In this document: positions 6,552-10,419 of the stretch, in pieces | Layout: each line of letters opens with the position of its first letter | Position numbering within the stretch: the first letter of the stretch is position 1 | Source of the DNA: Candidatus Woesearchaeota archaeon | Lineage (GTDB): Archaea > Nanobdellota > Nanobdellia > Nanobdellales > CAZNIQ01 | Length of the DNA stretch: 10,419 bases | Direction of reading: 5' to 3' | Assembly: GCA_964573185.1 (NCBI GenBank) | Contig: CAZNIQ010000024.1 | Coordinates: forward strand, 1 to 10,419 | Translations under genes and position numbers: made by a program | Notes under the pieces: generated by a model | What the model saw: only the letters and a program-made list of their open reading frames with translations | Databases searched by the model: none | What the model was told of the DNA's origin: nothing

Positions 6552-7688
6552 TTATATAAGGAATAAGTATTTTATCAATATCGTTGCATAACTCCCTTTC
6601 GGTAGAAAGAAATACAAGATAACATCTTCATCCTCTTCATACTTTAGATTTTCCGGCTTAACAATAGCTTTTCTTTTATCTCCAGAACATGATAATTCCG
6701 GTAATTTCTTTACTTTAAAATCTTCTAAAGATATTCCTTCTTCTTTTAATATTTTTTCATATATTTCTTTAATAAAACCTGGGTATTCATTTAAATTTGT
6801 TTTAAATCCTATTATTGGTAATTCTAAATCCTTTATTAAATCGTAATTTAACCATTTTTTTGGAAAAGCTAGCTTACCAAAAGAAAATTCTATTTCTCTA
6901 TATTCTGAAGTTTTCTTGATTATCTCGCTTAAGGCTTTGTTAAAAATATGAGATTGATAAGAATGTACAAATAAAAGCAATAATTTTTTATGCAATTTTC
7001 TCAAGGCATTAGCATAATCTTTTGGATGATGAACTAAATAATTTAGAACTGCTAATTCTACGTCTAACCATTTTGGAAATTTCCTTAAAGCTTCTCTGAA
7101 CTTTCCCCAGTTCTCTTTTAACCATTTACGAGCTTCAGTTGCTTTCGGATTCTCTTTTTCAGAAGTGTATGTTAATAATATTTTAGCAGCTTCCTCTAGA
7201 TTTCCCTTAAGAATAGCTTTCCCAATTAAATGATTTATTGCTCTTATATCGCCAAATCTTTGTTCATCAAAATAATTTGGCATTCCATATTTTTTTACTA
7301 AATCTATATTTTCATAAAAATTTTTTCTTTCCTCTTTAGAAATTTCTCTAACAACAATTCTAAATTCGTTTCCTTTTAATAAGTCCGTAGAAACTGGTTG
7401 ATCAAAATGCCCTATGTACTTTAGTTTTACATTTTTGAAATCATAGAAATCTTTTCCTTCAAAATTTTTAATTGAAATATATTGTTCTGTAACAGCTTTT
7501 TTATCTTTTTCTCCAGCAAAAGAAATTCTCTTTTTAGATATTCCTAATTTATTTCTTATTATTTTAATAGCCCTTATAGTACTTAAATTTCTCTTCCACA
7601 TTAAATACCAAGCAAAGTTACCGGTATTTTTTGGTAGTTCCAAAACCTCTTTAACATAAAAATCTTCTGGATATTTTTTGATTATCAT
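6552..7688 (-). CDS. truD: tRNA pseudouridine synthase D (TruD/Pus7 family)
   Basis: 378 aa. Motifs are the N-terminal YPEDFYVKEV, the catalytic-Asp motif FAGEKDKKAVTEQ, PNYFDEQRFG, and the C-terminal LPKGSYATILIKYL. The start is an ATGA overlap with the upstream gene at 7685-7688. Confidence 0.9.
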   Translation of the reverse strand: MIIKKYPEDFYVKEVLELPKNTGNFAWYLMWKRNLSTIRAIKIIRNKLGISKKRISFAGEKDKKAVTEQYISIKNFEGKDFYDFKNVKLKYIGHFDQPVSTDLLKGNEFRIVVREISKEERKNFYENIDLVKKYGMPNYFDEQRFGDIRAINHLIGKAILKGNLEEAAKILLTYTSEKENPKATEARKWLKENWGKFREALRKFPKWLDVELAVLNYLVHHPKDYANALRKLHKKLLLLFVHSYQSHIFNKALSEIIKKTSEYREIEFSFGKLAFPKKWLNYDLIKDLELPIIGFKTNLNEYPGFIKEIYEKILKEEGISLEDFKVKKLPELSCSGDKRKAIVKPENLKYEEDEDVILYFFLPKGSYATILIKYLFLI

Positions 7689-8161
7689 TTTATTTTTGGT
7701 AAAATTATTCCTTTTAAATTTTCGTAAAAACCGTAATAATATAATTTAGCAACTATTGCACACAACCAAGCATCATATTCGTGTTTGTTTCTAAAATATA
7801 ATTTAAAAAGCTTATAATTGAACCTCAAAATTCTTTCCACTGCTCTTGGGAACGTTTCTATTACTTTAGATTTTATTTTAGATATCAATTTTTGAGCTCT
7901 TAAGCTTAATTCTTGCATAGATTTCAAGGACAAAGGCAAAACATGAAATCCTCTTTTAATTAATTCTCTTTCAGCTTCTCTAAAAGGAATTTCTATATTT
8001 AGTGGAGCATCAATAGCTACTATTAATGGTTTATATTTATTAATTAAATCTAAAATTTCCTCATCCTTAAAAACTGTAAAGCAACTTAATTTAGAATTTA
8101 GAACACAAATCCCTGTAGGATTCTTATTTTTTGCCGCAAGATCAATACCCATAAATATCAT
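7685..8161 (-). CDS. Predicted RNase H-fold nuclease-like protein (COG2410/DUF429-like), first gene of the truD operon
   Basis: 158 aa. MGIDLAAKNKNPTGICVL ... LIVAIDAPL ... EAERELIKRGFHVLP ... HEYDAWLCA resembles the acidic-residue pattern of small archaeal RNase H-like predicted nucleases. The family assignment is from memory and untested. An alternative start is Met4 (ATG at 8152). Confidence 0.5.
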   Translation of the reverse strand: MIFMGIDLAAKNKNPTGICVLNSKLSCFTVFKDEEILDLINKYKPLIVAIDAPLNIEIPFREAERELIKRGFHVLPLSLKSMQELSLRAQKLISKIKSKVIETFPRAVERILRFNYKLFKLYFRNKHEYDAWLCAIVAKLYYYGFYENLKGIILPKIK

Positions 8162-8189
8162 AAACTTTTGTTCTAATCTTCTTTTTAAT
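8151..8189. promoter_or_regulatory. Interleaved divergent promoter region
   Basis: Only 26 bp separate the ATG at 8161 (-) from the ATG at 8188 (+). The A/T element ATAAATATCATAAAC (8151-8165) is placed to drive the + gene and lies over the minus-gene start codon. ATTAAAAA on the minus strand (8182-8189) is placed to drive the minus operon and lies over the helicase ATG. Confidence 0.3.
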
Positions 8190-9327
8190 GCTTAATGAGA
8201 AAATACTTAAGCTGTTCTATTCTAGATTCAAAGATTTTAATGAGGTACAAAAACTAGCTATTCCTGAAATTCTGAAAGGAAAAAATACTTTAATCATAGC
8301 TCCAACAGGTGCTGGGAAGACCGAAGCAGCAGTATTACCTGTTTTTCATAAGATTCTTGAGATAAAGGAAAAGGAACAGCCTAAAGGAATTTTAGCTTTG
8401 TATATTACACCTTTAAGAGCTTTGAATAGAGACCTTTTAGATAGATTATACTGGTGGTGCGAAAACTTGGGAATTTCAATTGCGGTAAGACATGGAGATA
8501 CTCCTCAATCTGAGAGAGCGAAACAATCCAAAAAACCTCCCGAATTTTTGATTACAACCCCAGAAACCTTTCAAATTCTTTTTACAGGAAAAAGGTTAAG
8601 AGAACATCTCAAAACAATAGGATTTGTTATTATTGATGAATTACATGAATTATTGGATGATAAAAGAGGAGTACAATTATCTTTAGGATTAGAAAGATTA
8701 GTTAATTTTGCAGGAGAATTTCAAAGAATAGCCTTATCTGCAACTATAGGAGATCATGAATTAGCTGCTAAGTTTATCTTTGGAAATAGAGATTATACTA
8801 TAGTTCAATGGTACGGAAAGAAAAAGTATAAAGTTGAAGTTTTATATCCAGAAATAACAAGAGAAGATGAAGATTTGGCTAAAAAACTGGGCTGGCATCC
8901 CAAAGTTGTTTGGTCCATTAGAAAGATAAAGGAGATACTGGATTCCGTTAGAACTGCAATTATTTTTGTGAATACAAGGGAAATAGCAGAGTTATTGGCT
9001 TCTAGATTTAAAAGGCTTTATCCAGAATATCCTATAGAAATACATCATAGTTCCTTATCTAGAGGAGTAAGGGAGAGAAATGAGAAGTTATTAAAGGAGG
9101 GAAAATTGAAAGCCATAATAGCTACATCATCTTTAGAGCTAGGGATTGATATCGGACACGTAGATTTGGTTATACAATATATGTCCCCTAGACAGGTTAC
9201 AAGGTTAGTCCAGAGAGTAGGGAGGGCAGGACACAAATTAGAAGAAGAATCCAAAGGAGTTATAATAACAATAGATCCGGATGATTATTTTGAGAGCTTG
9301 GCGATAAAGGACTTAATAGAAGAATAA
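8188..9327 (+). CDS. lhr: Lhr-type SF2 DExH helicase, RecA1+RecA2 core only (N-terminal half of a split or truncated gene)
   Basis: 379 aa. Motifs are FNEVQKLAIP, APTGAGKT (I), LYITPLRALNRD (Ia), VRHGDTPQSER ... PPEFLITTPE, IIDELHEL (II, DExH), LSATIG (III), HHSSLS, ATSSLELGIDIG (V) and QRVGRAGH (VI). The ORF stops about 35 aa after motif VI, so the winged-helix and C-terminal domains of Lhr-core proteins are absent. Confidence 0.85.
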   Translation: MLNEKILKLFYSRFKDFNEVQKLAIPEILKGKNTLIIAPTGAGKTEAAVLPVFHKILEIKEKEQPKGILALYITPLRALNRDLLDRLYWWCENLGISIAVRHGDTPQSERAKQSKKPPEFLITTPETFQILFTGKRLREHLKTIGFVIIDELHELLDDKRGVQLSLGLERLVNFAGEFQRIALSATIGDHELAAKFIFGNRDYTIVQWYGKKKYKVEVLYPEITREDEDLAKKLGWHPKVVWSIRKIKEILDSVRTAIIFVNTREIAELLASRFKRLYPEYPIEIHHSSLSRGVRERNEKLLKEGKLKAIIATSSLELGIDIGHVDLVIQYMSPRQVTRLVQRVGRAGHKLEEESKGVIITIDPDDYFESLAIKDLIEE

Positions 9328-9329
9328 AA

Positions 9330-9337
9330 TTATTAAA
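9330..9337 (+). promoter_or_regulatory. TATA-like box TTATTAAA upstream of the unlisted 9360 ORF
   Basis: The box is centred about 26 nt upstream of the ATG at 9360. A purine tract AAGGGGAG (9346-9353) could instead act as a ribosome-binding site if the gene is co-transcribed with the helicase. Confidence 0.3.
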
Positions 9338-9359
9338 TGATTAAGAAGGGGAGTTCTAT

Positions 9360-10419
9360 ATGGAAGCTACGCCTATTAAAAATATCTTTGAAGCATACGC
9401 ATATTACGCACAAATTCTTTTGGGACCGGAGATATTACAGTATACTAACAAAACAATATTAGGCTTTTTTTTCTTTGCAATTACCACAATAATTTTTTAT
9501 CATATAATAGAAGAATTTCTTAGTTTCGTGCTTAGAGAATCGCCATATGGAGAACATTTAAATAAAACCAAAAAAGCAATTGCAGCATTAGTTACTTTAT
9601 TAGCAATATTTTCTGTAAGTTTCTTTAAAGCAATGTTTACCTTCGGTTTAATCTTAGCTCTTTTAGCAATGGGTTTTATAGTGTATATAATATTCTTTGG
9701 ATTGTTAAAACACGCCCCAGTAATAGAAAAATTTTCTCCATGGATTTCTCTTGGTATAGCAGCTGCCTTTGTTAGTTGGATAGTTTATGATCGTATAACA
9801 GCAAATATAGCTAAAGTAGCTCCACCTTCTCCAGAAATAGCACTCTCCATTGATTGGATAGAAACTTTACAATGGGTCGTTATAGGTATTTTATTCTTAC
9901 AAGCTTTGAGAGATCATTTCCGTATTAAGGAAATAGGAGAACGTGTTGGTAAGGTTAGCAATCTGTTTAGAGGTTTTATAGAAAGGACTGCAGAAAGAAC
10001 AAGAACACCTTTGATAGAAGAGATCACAGAGGAAGAGAAGGAAATAGAACATCTAGCAAAGACTGCGGAACAAGAAGAAAAGGCCATACAACAAATAGAG
10101 AAAGAAACAAAAGAAGAAGAGAAAATATTATTAAAAATAAAAGAATATATAGAGAGAGGAGAAACCCCACCAAGGGAATTACTTCGAAAGGCTCTTGAAG
10201 AAATACAACATCTTAAAAGGTTATCAGAACAGTTAAAAGAATTATCAGTTGTATCCGAAAGATTTGATAAAAAGATAGAAGAAAAAGCAAAATGGATTTT
10301 AGATGAACTTAATAAGTATGGTATTTCACAGTATACTACGCAAGATATCACAACAATTTTAAGAAAGCAATTACAAGAAGAAGAGAAAATAAACAATCTT
10401 ATACAAAGATTACTTAGAG
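9360..10419 (+). CDS. Membrane protein (about 5 hydrophobic segments) with a long E/K-rich coiled-coil C-terminal region; 3'-partial and absent from the supplied ORF track
   Basis: I translated codon by codon from ATG 9360 and found no stop for 353 codons up to the window end. An in-frame TAA lies upstream at 9342-9344. The protein begins MEATPIKNIFEAYAYYAQILLG. Hydrophobic segments are ILGFFFFAITTIIFYHII, AIAALVTLLAIFSVSFF, GLILALLAMGFIVYIIFFGLL, WISLGIAAAFVSWIVY and WVVIGILFLQAL. The tail then reads EEITEEEKEIEHLAKTAEQEEKAIQQIEKETKEEEKILLKIKEYIERGE... Confidence 0.75.
   Translation, partial: MEATPIKNIFEAYAYYAQILLGPEILQYTNKTILGFFFFAITTIIFYHIIEEFLSFVLRESPYGEHLNKTKKAIAALVTLLAIFSVSFFKAMFTFGLILALLAMGFIVYIIFFGLLKHAPVIEKFSPWISLGIAAAFVSWIVYDRITANIAKVAPPSPEIALSIDWIETLQWVVIGILFLQALRDHFRIKEIGERVGKVSNLFRGFIERTAERTRTPLIEEITEEEKEIEHLAKTAEQEEKAIQQIEKETKEEEKILLKIKEYIERGETPPRELLRKALEEIQHLKRLSEQLKELSVVSERFDKKIEEKAKWILDELNKYGISQYTTQDITTILRKQLQEEEKINNLIQRLLR

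Noticed and set aside
9045-9254. Listed 69-aa minus-strand ORF
   Set aside because: It is antisense to helicase motifs V and VI, which are clearly under selection on the + strand.
9914-10396. Listed 160-aa minus-strand ORF (MFIFSSSCNCFLKIVV...)
   Set aside because: It is low-complexity S/F/C/I-rich sequence with no domain. It lies exactly antisense to the E/K-rich coiled-coil part of the uninterrupted + strand ORF starting at 9360. This is a typical shadow ORF from GAA/AAG/GAG-rich coding sequence.
1-10419. Search for tRNA or split-tRNA halves, rRNA, CRISPR repeats, IS or terminal inverted repeats, and integrase or defence genes
   Set aside because: The few G+C-rich patches all fall in coding sequence and are explained by codons. 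I saw no spaced direct repeats, no transposase- or integrase-like ORF and no recognisable defence-system domain. A by-eye scan cannot exclude short or degenerate elements.

Overview
AT-rich (about 30% G+C by eye), very tightly packed archaeal-type window. All calls rest on motif recognition by eye; no search or HMM was run. I support 13 protein-coding genes and find no rRNA, tRNA, CRISPR array, IS element or long repeat. Left to right: (1) an orphan helical protein (+), whose 3' end overlaps that of a winged-helix fusion protein (-). (2) A glmS gene split into two ORFs coupled by an ATGA stop/start overlap: a glutaminase half and a SIS/isomerase half. (3) A nucleotide-sugar operon with a short Gfo/Idh/MocA-like oxidoreductase, a sugar-1-phosphate nucleotidyltransferase with a beta-helix-like tail, and a DUF218/YdcF-like protein. 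(4) A minus-strand operon with an RNase H-fold nuclease-like protein, tRNA pseudouridine synthase TruD, and an acidic 128-aa orphan. (5) An Lhr-type SF2 helicase, divergent across only 26 bp, that stops exactly after the second RecA domain and so looks like the N-terminal half of a split gene. (6) A long + strand ORF (9360 to beyond 10419) that is missing from the supplied ORF track because it has no stop in the window. It encodes about five hydrophobic segments followed by a long E/K-rich coiled coil. The minus-strand ORF listed at 9914..10396 is its antisense shadow. TATA-like boxes sit 25-27 nt upstream of the ATG of most first genes, which suggests leaderless mRNAs. Three gene pairs share ATGA overlaps and two convergent pairs overlap at their 3' ends. 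Split genes, extreme compaction and K/E/I/Y-rich proteins resemble Nanoarchaeota-like reduced hyperthermophile genomes, but I cannot verify that here. I see no recognisable defence or mobile system. The most unusual items are the two split genes, the hidden membrane/coiled-coil gene, and several uncharacterised proteins embedded in housekeeping operons.
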